Assembly (NCBI GenBank): GCA_947501605.1
Contig: CANMWZ010000021.1
Location: 8,603-72,602, forward strand
Direction of reading: 5' to 3'
Length of the DNA stretch: 64,000 bases
Source: Planctomycetota bacterium
GTDB lineage: Bacteria > Planctomycetota > UBA1135 > UBA2386
Within the stretch, counting starts at the first letter, position 1; the number at the start of each line of letters is the position of its first letter. Under the pieces are notes generated by a model. It was not told where the DNA came from and made no database searches. It saw nothing but the letters and a program-made list of their open reading frames with translations. Shown here in pieces: positions 1 through 10,433 of this stretch. The position numbers were made by a program, and so were the translations under genes.

Positions 1-525
1 CTCGCGCAGCCGGGTGAGCCGTTCGAGGTCGAGGTCGATCGACTCGCCAATCTTGACCTTGAGCGCGGTGAAGCCACGCGCGACGTACTCGTTCGCTTCC
101 AGAAGCGTCTCGGCCACCGGCTTGCAGCCGATCGTGATCGAAGTCGCGAGATGCGCGTGCACCCGGCCGAAGTGCTCGACCAGCGGCAGCGCCCGCCGGC
201 TTGCGCCGAGATCGCACAAGGCCATGTCGATCGCCGCACGCGCACCGGGGCCAGCAACGCGCTGCTCCAAGTCCACCACCACCGCGGCGTCGTCCAGGTC
301 GCGCCCGACTAGCCACGAGGCCCTGCGCAACTCGGCGAGCGCAGCGTCGCGCGTTTCCCCCGTGACCTCGACTGCGGGCGCGGCCATTCCGTGCCCTTGT
401 TGACCGTCATCACCGCGCACGATGACAAAGGCCAACTCCACCGCGTCCCAGTGCCCGTTGGCAATCGCGTACGGCCGCGACAACGGCACGTCGAAGGCGC
501 GCGCCGATACGGTCGCGATCCTCAT
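1..525 (-). CDS. Dipeptide epimerase / enolase-superfamily racemase (L-Ala-D/L-Glu epimerase or DgcA-like); runs off window edge
   Basis: Own translation from ATG at 525: MRIATVSARAFDVPLSRPYAIANG...GFTALKVKIG (KxK motif). ATGA overlap with the DUF1611 stop. Not in the ORF track because it is truncated. Confidence 0.85.
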   Translation of the reverse strand, partial: MRIATVSARAFDVPLSRPYAIANGHWDAVELAFVIVRGDDGQQGHGMAAPAVEVTGETRDAALAELRRASWLVGRDLDDAAVVVDLEQRVAGPGARAAIDMALCDLGASRRALPLVEHFGRVHAHLATSITIGCKPVAETLLEANEYVARGFTALKVKIGESIDLDLERLTRLRE

Positions 526-1589
526 CGAGCCCGCTCGCTCTCGATGTAGCCGAGGACCGCGTCCATCGCGCGCTCGGCACCATCGATCAGCGGATAGAAC
601 GCTGTGAGCCCGGTCTCGCCTTCGATGCGTTCCTTGTGCGCAACGCGCGCAGAAGCGTCGAGGTGTTCGTGGTTGAGCGAAATCGCCAGCACGCGCGAGC
701 CGTACATCCGGATCAGCTCGAGTTCGGAAGTCAGCGACGGGATCTCGTGGTGCAGGTGCTCTTGGTCGTCGAAGAACTTCCGCGCTGGCGCGTGCTGCAA
801 GATCACGCCGCGCGCGCCGCCCGAAAGCATCAACTCGGCGCCGCATGGGCCCGACGGATTGCGCAGTGCCGACTGGCCTTCGAGCAGGATCAACGACGGC
901 CGCAGTTCGCGGTCGCACGAGACGATTGCGTGCTCCAGTTCGCCGGAGACGAAATCGTTGGCCGTCGAGTCGAGCACGAAACCAAAACGCGAACCCTGCA
1001 GCCAACCCGTCTGCCCGGTGTAGACCATCTCGGCAGTGAGGCCGCGGCGGCGCATGGCGGCGGCGATCACCTGACAGGTCGTACGCTTGCCGAGCGCGCA
1101 GTCGGTGCCGAGCACGGCGATCCGCGGCGCCGTCACCTGATGGATCGCGCCGCTCCAGAAGTGAATCTCACTGCGGTGCTTTGGCCGACGGATGTCGACG
1201 ATGGCAGCACCACTGCGCGCCGCCGCGGTCACGAGTTGAAGATCGTCGCTGACGAAGTCGTGCAGCCCGTTCGCGACGCTGATGCCGCGCTCGAGGGCCT
1301 GGTACAGAATCGGCTTCATGCCCGCAGGCAGCACGCCACCTGGTGTCGCGACGCCGACGACCAGCCACTGCGGCGCCGCACCGCTGTGCAGCAGCGTGTC
1401 GAGGTCGGCGACCACCGGGATGCCGCGGTGCAAGCCGTCGAGCACGGTGCCCGCATCCTGACCCGAGCTAGCAGCATCGATCACCGCGGTGATGCGGAAG
1501 CGACTCGGGCCGCGCACCAGTCCGTGCGCAGTCTTCGCGTTGGAGGTGGTGAACTGACCGTGGGTCAGGATCGCGGCGGTGTCGGCCAT
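522..1589 (-). CDS. DUF1611 domain protein (DgcN-like, P-loop)
   Basis: AKTAHGL N-terminal motif, GTDCALGKRTT P-loop, TGQTGW and EGQ motifs. Start may be 1589, 1598 or 1628. Confidence 0.88.
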   Translation of the reverse strand: MADTAAILTHGQFTTSNAKTAHGLVRGPSRFRITAVIDAASSGQDAGTVLDGLHRGIPVVADLDTLLHSGAAPQWLVVGVATPGGVLPAGMKPILYQALERGISVANGLHDFVSDDLQLVTAAARSGAAIVDIRRPKHRSEIHFWSGAIHQVTAPRIAVLGTDCALGKRTTCQVIAAAMRRRGLTAEMVYTGQTGWLQGSRFGFVLDSTANDFVSGELEHAIVSCDRELRPSLILLEGQSALRNPSGPCGAELMLSGGARGVILQHAPARKFFDDQEHLHHEIPSLTSELELIRMYGSRVLAISLNHEHLDASARVAHKERIEGETGLTAFYPLIDGAERAMDAVLGYIESERAR

Positions 1590-1676
1590 TTGGCCCATCG
1601 TCTTACCACGCACCACCGCAGCGGACACGAGCGCGTTGGCCGCAGGAGGACAACGCCCACGCAGTTCACGCCACCG

Positions 1677-4600
1677 TCAACGCGCCGGCAACCGCAGCTC
1701 GATGTCGCCCTTGGTCTTGCCACCCTCGACGTCGACCTCGACCTCGGGTCCGAACTGGCTGCCGCCGCCGCCGAGCGGTTGGGCCTGCAGCAGGTAGCGC
1801 CCGGCCGCGAGACCCGCAAAGGTGAACGAACCGGTCATCGCCGGCTGACGCTCTGGCTCGGCATCGGCGCGAGCGGCCGCACGACAGCTGACGAGCACCA
1901 TGCGCACGGGCTTGCCGTCGGCGTCCAGCACGCGACCGCGAATGCGACCGGCGGTGTCGAGCTGCACACGCCCGACGTCGGTCGTCGCATTCTCGAGGAC
2001 CTCCTGGTCGGCGACTTCGCGCTTGGCATAGCGATCGTGCGAGATGCGCACGATGTAGCGACCGGGCGGCACGTCTTCGAGCGCCACCTCGCCATCGACG
2101 TCGGTCAGCGCGCGTTGTCCACCCAGCGTCATCGTTGAAGTCGAGGCATTGCCATCGCTGTCGCCGCTCACGGTCATGCTGACCATCATCATCTGCGGCC
2201 GCCGCGGTGGTTTCGGCGCACCGGGAGCGGCTGCTTCGATCAGCTCGATGTCGGCGCCCTCGATCGGCTGCCCGGCGGGATCGACGACCACCAAGGTCAT
2301 GCGCCCGTGGCGCAAGCGCAGGTCGCGCACGATCTCGACTTCGCCATCGTGGATCTCGAGATCCATGCTGTCCTTGACGAGTTGCTGCGGCTTGCCCCAG
2401 CGCAACCGATAGCGACCGGGCAGGACCTCGGTGAGCGCGTAGGCGCCATTCGCGTCCGTCGTTACCGATTGCTCGTTCAATCCAGGCGGCTCATGGTCGT
2501 CGAAGCCAACCGTGCCACCAGCGACCGCCGGAGCCGCTGGCGACAGCTCGACCTCGACGCCAGCGGTGGGACCGTTCGAACCGGTCACCACGCCATTCAC
2601 CGTGGCCATCGTTGGCAAGCGCAGGGTGACCGCGGTCTCGCGCCCCGCCTCGACCACGAACGGCACGCGCGTGCTCGTCAGCGACCGGCCATTGCCGGCA
2701 ATGAAGATGGGGCCACTGCCACCAGCCATCGTCTGTGTCTTGGGCTTTTGCTGCAGCACTGCCTCGTAGTTACCGGGTGGTAGCTGCCCCATGGTGCCGA
2801 TGCCATCTGCCGAGGACGTGTCCTTGTGCTTCTCGGCATTCTCGCCGGCGCCAAGAGGTCCGTTGACGACGAACTCGGCAGCGACCCCGACGCCGCGCGC
2901 ATCGGTGACGTTGACACGCAACGATCCTCCGGTGCGGAGCACGAGGCGGAGTTCGATCTCACCATCGGCCGGGAGGACCGTCGCCACCGCCGTCGAACTA
3001 GCGAAACTCTCGTGCTTGCCGGAGGCCTCGGCGTCGCCGCTCGGCAAACCGGCAATGCGCGCAAAGCCGTCGGCACCCGTGATGCCGCCACCCAACTTCT
3101 CGGCCTCGCCACCGATCCGGATCGGAGAATCAGCCTCGCGGTCGATGCGCACGGCCGTGCGGATCATCGTGCCGTTGCCCTCGCTTCGCGGCTGCGGGCG
3201 CTGCAGCGTGACCTCAGCCCCGACGACCGCGTCGCCCTTTTCGTCGACGACTTGGATGCGCACCGAGGAACCAAGCTGAGCCACCAGCGCGACGCCCTCG
3301 ATCTTCTGCGCCGCCGCCAGTTGTAGACCCGCACGCTCTGTCGGCCGATGCCTCTCGCCACGCGCACGCACCGTGATCGGTCCGGGTCGTACGCCGTCAA
3401 TCGTGAACGTGCCGTCGGCGGCCGTGACCGCGCCGCCGCGGCGCAGCCCGCCGTCGATCTCTTCGTGACCATCGAAGTCCAACTCGACGCCGCCGGGCAG
3501 CATGTTGGCCAAACCACTCGCCGCTTCGGCAACCGCTCGTCGGGCCGACACGCGACTGCCTGCGATCGGCTTACCGCCGCTGTCGCGCAAGACACCGCTG
3601 ACCGAGCCGAACCGCGCCATCCGCATCACCAAGTTGCCGGTGCCGACCCGCACGTCGTTCGCCATCGCGCGTTCGTGCTGAGCGTGCGTCGCTCGCACCG
3701 CCGCCGTCTCGCCAGCGAGACCGCCCAGCGTGAAGAAGCCGCGCGCATCCGTGGTCGTCGCTTCTTCTTCGGCGAAGCGCGAGATCTCCATTCCGGCAGT
3801 CTTCTCGCGCCGCATACAACCGACCTTGACGCCGGCGATGCCGACCCCGCGGTCGTCGACGACCTGTCCCGCGATCGCGTTACCGCGTCCGAGCGCGATG
3901 ACCAAGTCGGTCTTCTGCTCTTCGTCGGCGACTTCGACATCCAGCACCGCGGGCAAGAACTGCGGCGACAGCGTGCGCACGTGCCAGGTGCCGGCCTGCA
4001 GCCCGCCGATCGTGAACGCGCCGGTGCTGTCCGTCGACGTCGAGGACGACAAGCCCATGCCCAACATCGATTGGTCGGCGCCGAGGCGCACGCCTTCGAT
4101 CGGCTTGCCCGCTTCGTCGCGAACGACACCGGCGATCCGCGCCGGCAGCAACGTCACCAGGTCGCCGAGATCGGCATCACCGCCATCAGTCGAGAACGAC
4201 TCCCGGCCCTTGGCGAGGACCAGGTGCTCGACGTCGAGCGACAGTCGACCAACGCGGCCCTTGGCCACCGAGAAGCGAAACCGTCCGTCGGCGTCAGTGC
4301 GCGTGCGGCCCTCGAACTCGCGCTCGTCGGCGAAGGCAGCGCTGCCGAGCAGTTCGTAATCTGGTGAGCTCTTCCAACTGTGCCAGCGAACCTCGACCTC
4401 GCGGCGCGGCGCGCCACTGCGGTCGACGAGCCGCCCGCTCACCAGTGCCGATGCCTCGGCCACGGCGCCCGAGGTCACGGCCGTGCGGACCGCAGTGCCA
4501 GCACCGTCCGCGGCGGGCGCCGCCTCGGACCGCAGCGAGGCCGCCACGCCGCTCGCCGCTTCGGGCGTTGTCGCCACCGTCTTTGAGGGCGCGGTCGGCG

Positions 4601-4700
4601 CGGAGCCGAGCCCCGGGTCGACGGGCGTCGAGTCGGGCCAGAACGCGTAACAGAGACCGACGACAGCGAGCAGACCGACAACGAGCAGGAGCGAGCGCAT
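1677..4700 (-). CDS. Membrane-anchored protein with multiple carboxypeptidase-regulatory-like (beta-sandwich) repeats
   Basis: N-terminal hydrophobic anchor; repeated GxVxDxxGxPIxGxxV...TDxxGxF units; 1007 aa. Confidence 0.8.
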   Translation of the reverse strand: MRSLLLVVGLLAVVGLCYAFWPDSTPVDPGLGSAPTAPSKTVATTPEAASGVAASLRSEAAPAADGAGTAVRTAVTSGAVAEASALVSGRLVDRSGAPRREVEVRWHSWKSSPDYELLGSAAFADEREFEGRTRTDADGRFRFSVAKGRVGRLSLDVEHLVLAKGRESFSTDGGDADLGDLVTLLPARIAGVVRDEAGKPIEGVRLGADQSMLGMGLSSSTSTDSTGAFTIGGLQAGTWHVRTLSPQFLPAVLDVEVADEEQKTDLVIALGRGNAIAGQVVDDRGVGIAGVKVGCMRREKTAGMEISRFAEEEATTTDARGFFTLGGLAGETAAVRATHAQHERAMANDVRVGTGNLVMRMARFGSVSGVLRDSGGKPIAGSRVSARRAVAEAASGLANMLPGGVELDFDGHEEIDGGLRRGGAVTAADGTFTIDGVRPGPITVRARGERHRPTERAGLQLAAAQKIEGVALVAQLGSSVRIQVVDEKGDAVVGAEVTLQRPQPRSEGNGTMIRTAVRIDREADSPIRIGGEAEKLGGGITGADGFARIAGLPSGDAEASGKHESFASSTAVATVLPADGEIELRLVLRTGGSLRVNVTDARGVGVAAEFVVNGPLGAGENAEKHKDTSSADGIGTMGQLPPGNYEAVLQQKPKTQTMAGGSGPIFIAGNGRSLTSTRVPFVVEAGRETAVTLRLPTMATVNGVVTGSNGPTAGVEVELSPAAPAVAGGTVGFDDHEPPGLNEQSVTTDANGAYALTEVLPGRYRLRWGKPQQLVKDSMDLEIHDGEVEIVRDLRLRHGRMTLVVVDPAGQPIEGADIELIEAAAPGAPKPPRRPQMMMVSMTVSGDSDGNASTSTMTLGGQRALTDVDGEVALEDVPPGRYIVRISHDRYAKREVADQEVLENATTDVGRVQLDTAGRIRGRVLDADGKPVRMVLVSCRAAARADAEPERQPAMTGSFTFAGLAAGRYLLQAQPLGGGGSQFGPEVEVDVEGGKTKGDIELRLPAR

Positions 4701-4882
4701 GAGTTACCTCCAGACGAGCGCCGCCCGACGGTCCGGTGCGACGAAGACTTCCAGTTGGCCGAACCAAGTGCGGTAGACCCAGCCGCGCCATGCAGGATCG
4801 CAGGAGGCGACAGGTCGCATTGGGCAGTGGTAGCCAGCGGGGCTAGGCTTCGCCACCTTCCGAACCGGACCGATCAGAAGCC

Positions 4883-6295
4883 ATGCCCACCCTCGCTCAC
4901 CACAAGCGGCGCCGCGCCGAGTTCTTGAACTCACTCGACGGCCCGGTGCTGCTCTTCGCCGGCGGCTGGATGTCGCGCAACTACCCGGCCAACTGGTGGC
5001 CCTTCCGCGCCGACAGCACGTTCCTGTTCTTCTTCCCTGACCCCGAGCCGAACGCGGCAGCGCTGTTCGACCCGAAGGATGGCTCGGTCACGCTATTCCT
5101 CGACGAACGCACGCAGCAAGACGCCCTGTGGCACGGCTCGGTGCCGAGCTTCGCTGACATCAAGAAAGCCCTCGGCGTGACTGAGGTGCAGAACCGCAGC
5201 GAACTGGGCAAGCTGGTCAAGAAGCAAGCGGGCAGGCGGAAGGTGCAGAGCCTCGCCGTTGCCGATTCCTTGACGACCGCCGAAGCCGCCGCGATCACCG
5301 GCGAAGCGCTCGACTTCCGGTCGCCAGCCGCCATCGGCGACGCCGCGCTGCTGGCGAAGATCGCCAGCTTGCGGATGCAGCGCTCGGCCGAAGAACTCGT
5401 CGACATGCGCCAGGCGGCGAAGATCACGCACGAAGCCCACGTGCTCGCCATGGCCCACACCCGCCCAGGGCTCTACGAGCAGGAACTCGCCGGTCAGGTC
5501 GAAGGCACGTTTGCGCGCCACGGCTGCCGCCCGGCCTACAACACGATCCTGAGCGTGCGCGGCGAAGTGCTGCACAACACGCACCATCACAACCTGATGA
5601 TGGCGACCGATCTCGTACTGCTCGACGCCGGCGCCGAGGTCCGCAGCGGTTACTGCGCCGACGTGACGCGAACGTGGCCGGTCAGCGGCACCTTCTCGCC
5701 CGAAGCGCGCGACATCTATGACGTCGTGCTCGCTGCCGAGAAAGCCGCGATCGAAGCGGTGAAGCCCGGCGTTCGCTATCGCGACGTGCATCTCACCGCC
5801 TGCCGCACCATCGCCGCCGGCCTCGCCCAGTTGGGCCTGCTCAAGGGCTCGCCGGATGCCTTGGTCGAGAGCGGCGCGCATGCGTTGTTCTTCCCGCACG
5901 GCGTCGGCCACGTGCTCGGCCTCGACGTGCACGACATGGAAGCCTTCGGCGACCAGATCCACTACGGCAAGGGCCGCTCGCGCAGCCAGCAGTTCGGCAC
6001 CGCCTATCTGCGCCTCGACCTCGATCTGCAGCCGGGCATGTGCTTCACCATCGAACCGGGCATTTACTTTGTGCCGGCGATCCTGCGCGATGCTGAGTTC
6101 AGAAAGCAGTGGAAGGGAATGGTCGACTTCAAGCTGGCGGAGACCTTCCTGACCATGAACAGCATGCGCGGCTTCGGCGGCATCCGCATCGAAGACGACG
6201 TGTTGTGCACAGAGACCGGCGCTGAAGTGCTGACCCAGTCCATCCCCAAGGAACGCATCGCGATCGAAGCGCTGGTCGGCAGCGCCGCGCGCTGA
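4883..6295 (+). CDS. pepP: Xaa-Pro aminopeptidase (M24B)
   Basis: FRADSTFLF, LDAGAE, ADVTRT, HGVGHVLGLDVHD, TIEPGIY and GIRIEDD motifs. Confidence 0.93.
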   Translation: MPTLAHHKRRRAEFLNSLDGPVLLFAGGWMSRNYPANWWPFRADSTFLFFFPDPEPNAAALFDPKDGSVTLFLDERTQQDALWHGSVPSFADIKKALGVTEVQNRSELGKLVKKQAGRRKVQSLAVADSLTTAEAAAITGEALDFRSPAAIGDAALLAKIASLRMQRSAEELVDMRQAAKITHEAHVLAMAHTRPGLYEQELAGQVEGTFARHGCRPAYNTILSVRGEVLHNTHHHNLMMATDLVLLDAGAEVRSGYCADVTRTWPVSGTFSPEARDIYDVVLAAEKAAIEAVKPGVRYRDVHLTACRTIAAGLAQLGLLKGSPDALVESGAHALFFPHGVGHVLGLDVHDMEAFGDQIHYGKGRSRSQQFGTAYLRLDLDLQPGMCFTIEPGIYFVPAILRDAEFRKQWKGMVDFKLAETFLTMNSMRGFGGIRIEDDVLCTETGAEVLTQSIPKERIAIEALVGSAAR

Positions 6296-6299
6296 GCCA

Positions 6300-6866
6300 A
6301 TGGCTGCCGTTGCCCGTTGCCCTTGGTGCGCGACCGACCCGCTCTACATCGCCTATCACGACGAGGAGTGGGGCGTGCCACAACACGACGACCATCACCT
6401 CTTCGAAATGCTGATCCTCGAAGGGGCGCAAGCCGGCCTGTCCTGGATCACCATTCTCAAGAAGCGCCAGAACTACCGCCGCGCCTACGCGGGCTTTGAT
6501 CCGCACAAGGTCGCGCAGTTTGACGCCGAGAAGACAGCGGCGCTGCTGCTCGACGCCGGCATCGTGCGCAATCGTCTGAAGATCGCGTCCTCGATCGACA
6601 ACGCCTCGGCGTTTCTGCAACTGCAGCAGGAGCACGGTTCGTTCGACGCCTGGCTGTGGCGCTTCGTCGATGGCAAACCGATCGTCAATCGCCCGCGCTC
6701 CATGAGCGCAGTGCCGGCCCGCACCGAGCTGTCGGATCGCATCGCCAAAGAACTCAAGAAGCGTGGCTTCCGCTTCGTCGGCAGCACGATCGTCTACGCC
6801 TTCTTGCAAGCGGTCGGAGTCGTCGACGACCACCTCGCCACCTGCCATCGCGCCAAGCGACGATGA
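6300..6866 (+). CDS. tag: DNA-3-methyladenine glycosylase I
   Basis: RCPW...YHDEEWG, LEGAQAGLSW, IVRNRLKI, GFRFVG, DDHLATC. Confidence 0.96.
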   Translation: MAAVARCPWCATDPLYIAYHDEEWGVPQHDDHHLFEMLILEGAQAGLSWITILKKRQNYRRAYAGFDPHKVAQFDAEKTAALLLDAGIVRNRLKIASSIDNASAFLQLQQEHGSFDAWLWRFVDGKPIVNRPRSMSAVPARTELSDRIAKELKKRGFRFVGSTIVYAFLQAVGVVDDHLATCHRAKRR

Positions 6867-7318
6867 TCGGAACCCTGCACGCGGTCTACCTCCGTCCCGG
6901 CGCTCGCATCCCGGCCGTCAGCCGACAGCACGCCATCGCCGTCGAAGGTCGCGGACTCGACGGCGATCACCAGGACGGCGGCAAGCGCCAGGTGACGCTA
7001 CTGGACCGCGACGCCTGGGCCGCGGCCTGCGCCCTGCTCGGTCGCGACCTCGACGCCGGTGTGCGCCGCGCCAATCTGGTCCTCAGCGGGCTCGAGTTGC
7101 ACAACGCACTCGGCGGCACCGTGACAATCGGCGACGTCGTGATCGACGTGCTCGGCGAGACGCGGCCGTGCGAACTGATGGACGACGACGGTCGCCTCGG
7201 CCTGCAGAACGCGCTGCGGCCCGAGCGCCGCGGCGGCGTCTACGGCCGCATTCGCTGCGGCGGCGAGTTGCGCGTCGGCATGGCGTGCAGCTTCGAGCCG
7301 AGCTCCGACCGCGCCTGA
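6863..7318 (+). CDS. MOSC domain-containing protein
   Basis: ATG at 6863 overlaps tag stop; GLDGD, RQVTL, RRANL, ETRPC, RGGVYG. Confidence 0.85.
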   Translation: MIGTLHAVYLRPGARIPAVSRQHAIAVEGRGLDGDHQDGGKRQVTLLDRDAWAAACALLGRDLDAGVRRANLVLSGLELHNALGGTVTIGDVVIDVLGETRPCELMDDDGRLGLQNALRPERRGGVYGRIRCGGELRVGMACSFEPSSDRA

Positions 7319-7488
7319 ACCGTCACTTCGCTTGCTGGCGGCGACGTCGCTGCGATCGATCCGCTTCGGCGCCACGCGAAGGCGCAGACGGAACGGACCC
7401 CTAGTGGAGTGACTGCGAAGTTGGCCACCGATGGCGCCGGCCGCAACCGATGGCGCTTTGCGCAACCACTCCTAGACTCGTTGCCCTC

Positions 7489-8895
7489 ATGCCCCCGTCT
7501 GCGCCAACGCTCGACTCTGCCCAAGTCCGCACCATCCGCCTCGCCGCCCAAGGGATGGCACTGGCGCCAGGGATGCCACCGGCGCACGTCGTTGCACGCG
7601 TTGGCTGGCTCCGGACTCTTGGTGGTGCCGATGCCTATCTCGCGCTGCACGCTCGCCAGAACCGCATCGCTCGCGGACTGATCGATACCCAGGTGCAGCA
7701 CGGCGAACTGCGCGTCGTCCCGGCCGTTCGCGGCTGCATCTACCTCGCACCGAAGACCGACGTTGCGCTGTGCCTTTCGATCGCCGAGTCGATGTCGAGT
7801 GCCCGTGCTGCACGCGAGCATGACAAGGCCGGAATCAAGAAGGGTGAGATCGCAAAGCTCTCCGATCAGGTCTCCACTCTGCTCACGACCAAGGGACCGA
7901 TGACCACCGATGCGCTGCGGCGAGCGTTGCCGGATGGCAGCATTCGCAGTCTTGGTGACGCCGGCAAGAAGGTGGGCATCAGCTCGCCACTGCCGCCGGC
8001 CTTGCGAGCGCTCGAGTTCGCGCGCCGCATCGAGCGCACTCCCGAAGACGGGCGGCTTGACCACGAACGCTATCTCTGGCGCGCCCTAGGACCGTCGACA
8101 CCGGTCGCGATGCCAAGCGATCTCCCGCACTTGCATGCGCAACTGCTCGAACGCTTCGTTCACTTCGCCGGCGTCGCCACGCTGCCGATGTTCTGCGCCT
8201 GGTCGGGACTGTCGCGGCGCGACGCAACGGCGGCGGTGCCGTTTGCGGCCGTCGACTGCGTGGTCGCCGATCACCAGGACGCCGTTTGCCGAACTGACTC
8301 GAACGATCTCCTACGCATGGCTCCCGCGGTCGACGGCGCGGTTGCGTTCTTGTCGTTCGAAGACAACTTGGTCCATCTCTACGGTGGACCGGCGCATCTC
8401 GTCGACGATGCGCATCTCGACATCGAGGTGCCGAGCTGGGGGGCCAGCAAGAGCAAGGCGGCGCCGACACACACGCTCCGCACAGCGCCGCACCTTGCAC
8501 TAAGGCCTCTGCTCGCCGACGGCTGCCTCAGCGGTTTCTGGGAGTACGACCCCGACGTCGGGGTCGCCATGCCGCGCTGCTTCCGAACGCCGTCGCGAGA
8601 AGCACAGAAGAAGATCGAGGAGCACAGCTTTGCGGTCAGCGCGTTCTTGCGCACCGAGATCGGGCACGGCCGCTCGTTCTCCCTCGACACCGACGACGAA
8701 CTGCGCCTGCGCTGCAAGCTGCTGCGCTCGATCGGCGGGGATCGAGTTGTGGTTGTTCCAGCGCCGACGCGCAGCAAAGCGCCGCGCATGCCGTCGCCAA
8801 CGAAGCCAAGGGCCACGACGCAGAAACCAGCCGCCGCGACGGTAGCGAAGTCGAAGCCCGCGGCTGGCAAACTCCGCAAGAAGCCGAAGGACTGA
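7489..8895 (+). CDS. HTH_42 / AlkZ-YcaQ-like winged-helix DNA glycosylase-family protein with Lys/Pro-rich tail
   Basis: RLAAQG, AYLALHAR, AVRGCIYL, FCAWSGL, FLSFEDNL and LADGCLSGFW match the HTH_42 layout; start 7489 or 7450. Confidence 0.7.
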   Translation: MPPSAPTLDSAQVRTIRLAAQGMALAPGMPPAHVVARVGWLRTLGGADAYLALHARQNRIARGLIDTQVQHGELRVVPAVRGCIYLAPKTDVALCLSIAESMSSARAAREHDKAGIKKGEIAKLSDQVSTLLTTKGPMTTDALRRALPDGSIRSLGDAGKKVGISSPLPPALRALEFARRIERTPEDGRLDHERYLWRALGPSTPVAMPSDLPHLHAQLLERFVHFAGVATLPMFCAWSGLSRRDATAAVPFAAVDCVVADHQDAVCRTDSNDLLRMAPAVDGAVAFLSFEDNLVHLYGGPAHLVDDAHLDIEVPSWGASKSKAAPTHTLRTAPHLALRPLLADGCLSGFWEYDPDVGVAMPRCFRTPSREAQKKIEEHSFAVSAFLRTEIGHGRSFSLDTDDELRLRCKLLRSIGGDRVVVVPAPTRSKAPRMPSPTKPRATTQKPAAATVAKSKPAAGKLRKKPKD

Positions 8896-9193
8896 TCGCG
8901 TTTCGGCACCGTCGACGATGCCGACGCCCGCGGGGAGTGGCTGCGTCGTGCGGATCTGGTAGAGCCACGGGCGGAGCGCAACTGGTTCTGTGTACGTAGG
9001 CGCGCGCGCAGCGGTCAACGCGTTAGAAGTGCTTCCCCAATTGGCCTGCGAGCGCGACCGAGCAGCGAAGGTCGAGGCCAAGGCGCGGACTCGCGGCGGA
9101 ACTTGCAGATTCCGCGACGAGCCCGCAACGCCGCCCTCGCCCGACGTAGCGGCCGCTGGCGCTTCTTAACTCCACGTCTAGCCTACGAGTCTG

Positions 9194-9853
9194 ATGTTCA
9201 CTGCCTACCTCCGCGCCTTCGGCCAGGTGTTCGATCCGCGCATCGTCCGGATCCTCGGAGTCTCCGTGCTGCTCTCGGTGGTCGTCTTCGCACTGCTGTG
9301 GAGCGGCATCGCATGGCTGCTGACCCAATCCGAAGTCACGTCGTGGTGGCTGCTCGAGAAACTGCTCGACGTGCTCGGCGGCGTCGCCACCATCGTGACG
9401 ACGTTCTTTGTCTTCCCCGTCGTGATCAGCGCCACGATCGGCCTGTTCCTCGACTCGGTCGCCCGTGCGGTCGAACAACGCTACTACCCCGATCGCAAGC
9501 CCAAGGGCCTCAGCGTGCTCGCCGGCATCTGGGCCTCGGTGCGCTTCTTGCTCAAGGCCGTCGTCATCAACCTCGTGCTGCTGCTGTTCCTCTTCGTGCC
9601 CGTGCTCTACCCGTTTGCGTGGTTGGCGGCGAATGCCTACCTGCTCTCGCGCGAGTACTTCGAACTGGTCGCGCTGCGGCACCTCGATGCGCGAGCAGCA
9701 CGCGAACTGCGTCGCAGTCGCAGCCTGCCGCTGTTCTTCGCCGGGCTCCCGGCGGCGGGACTATTCGCGATCCCGGTCGTCAACCTCATCGCGCCGGTGC
9801 TCACGACCATGGCGATGGTGCACGTGTTCGAGCGCGGTCGACGCGCTCCTTGA
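9194..9853 (+). CDS. EI24/CysZ-like integral membrane protein
   Basis: Multiple TM segments; FLDSVARAVEQRYYP, LLSREYFELVALR, IPVVNL. Confidence 0.85.
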   Translation: MFTAYLRAFGQVFDPRIVRILGVSVLLSVVVFALLWSGIAWLLTQSEVTSWWLLEKLLDVLGGVATIVTTFFVFPVVISATIGLFLDSVARAVEQRYYPDRKPKGLSVLAGIWASVRFLLKAVVINLVLLLFLFVPVLYPFAWLAANAYLLSREYFELVALRHLDARAARELRRSRSLPLFFAGLPAAGLFAIPVVNLIAPVLTTMAMVHVFERGRRAP

Positions 9854-9860
9854 ACCCGAC

Positions 9861-10304
9861 TCAGGCAACCCCGCCGGGCGGCGGATAGACCAGGACTGGG
9901 ATGTGTGCGTGGCGCAGCACGCTTTCCGCAACCGAGCCGAGTAGAAACCGCCGCAACCCGCTTCGCCCATGGGTAGCGATCGCGAGGAATGCGGCCTGCT
10001 CCTTGTGTGCGAACTCGACGATCGCACGCGGCACATCCGCAGCTTCGATCAACACCGAGCGCACGGGCACTGCGCTGCCGAGCGCCTTGGTCAGCTCCGC
10101 GAGCCGTTTGGACCAGTCGGCGTGAATCCGGCCGCGATCGGGATAGACCGACACCAAGCCGCCGGCAGTCGGCTCGAACGGGAGGTACTCGAGCACTGCC
10201 AGCAACACGATGGACAGGCCCAGGCGCTCCGCCAAGAGGACTGCCGGCTTGAACGCGCGCTCGGACTCGGGGGACAGATCGGTCGTCAGGACGATGCTGC
10301 TCAT
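9861..10304 (-). CDS. Universal stress protein (UspA family)
   Basis: IVLTTDLSPES; ATHGRSGLRRFLLGSVAESVLRHAHIPVLV; ATG at 10304. Confidence 0.93.
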   Translation of the reverse strand: MSSIVLTTDLSPESERAFKPAVLLAERLGLSIVLLAVLEYLPFEPTAGGLVSVYPDRGRIHADWSKRLAELTKALGSAVPVRSVLIEAADVPRAIVEFAHKEQAAFLAIATHGRSGLRRFLLGSVAESVLRHAHIPVLVYPPPGGVA

Positions 10305-10433
10305 GCGGCCACCTTGCCGCAATGAGGCTCCAACGGCAAGTCGCTCGAATGCGGCCCCCCGCGGTAGCGAAGTAGAGTCAACGGCCGCCTGCCCCGCGAC
10401 TTTGCGTCGCCTTGCTGGCACCTTGTCAGCTCC

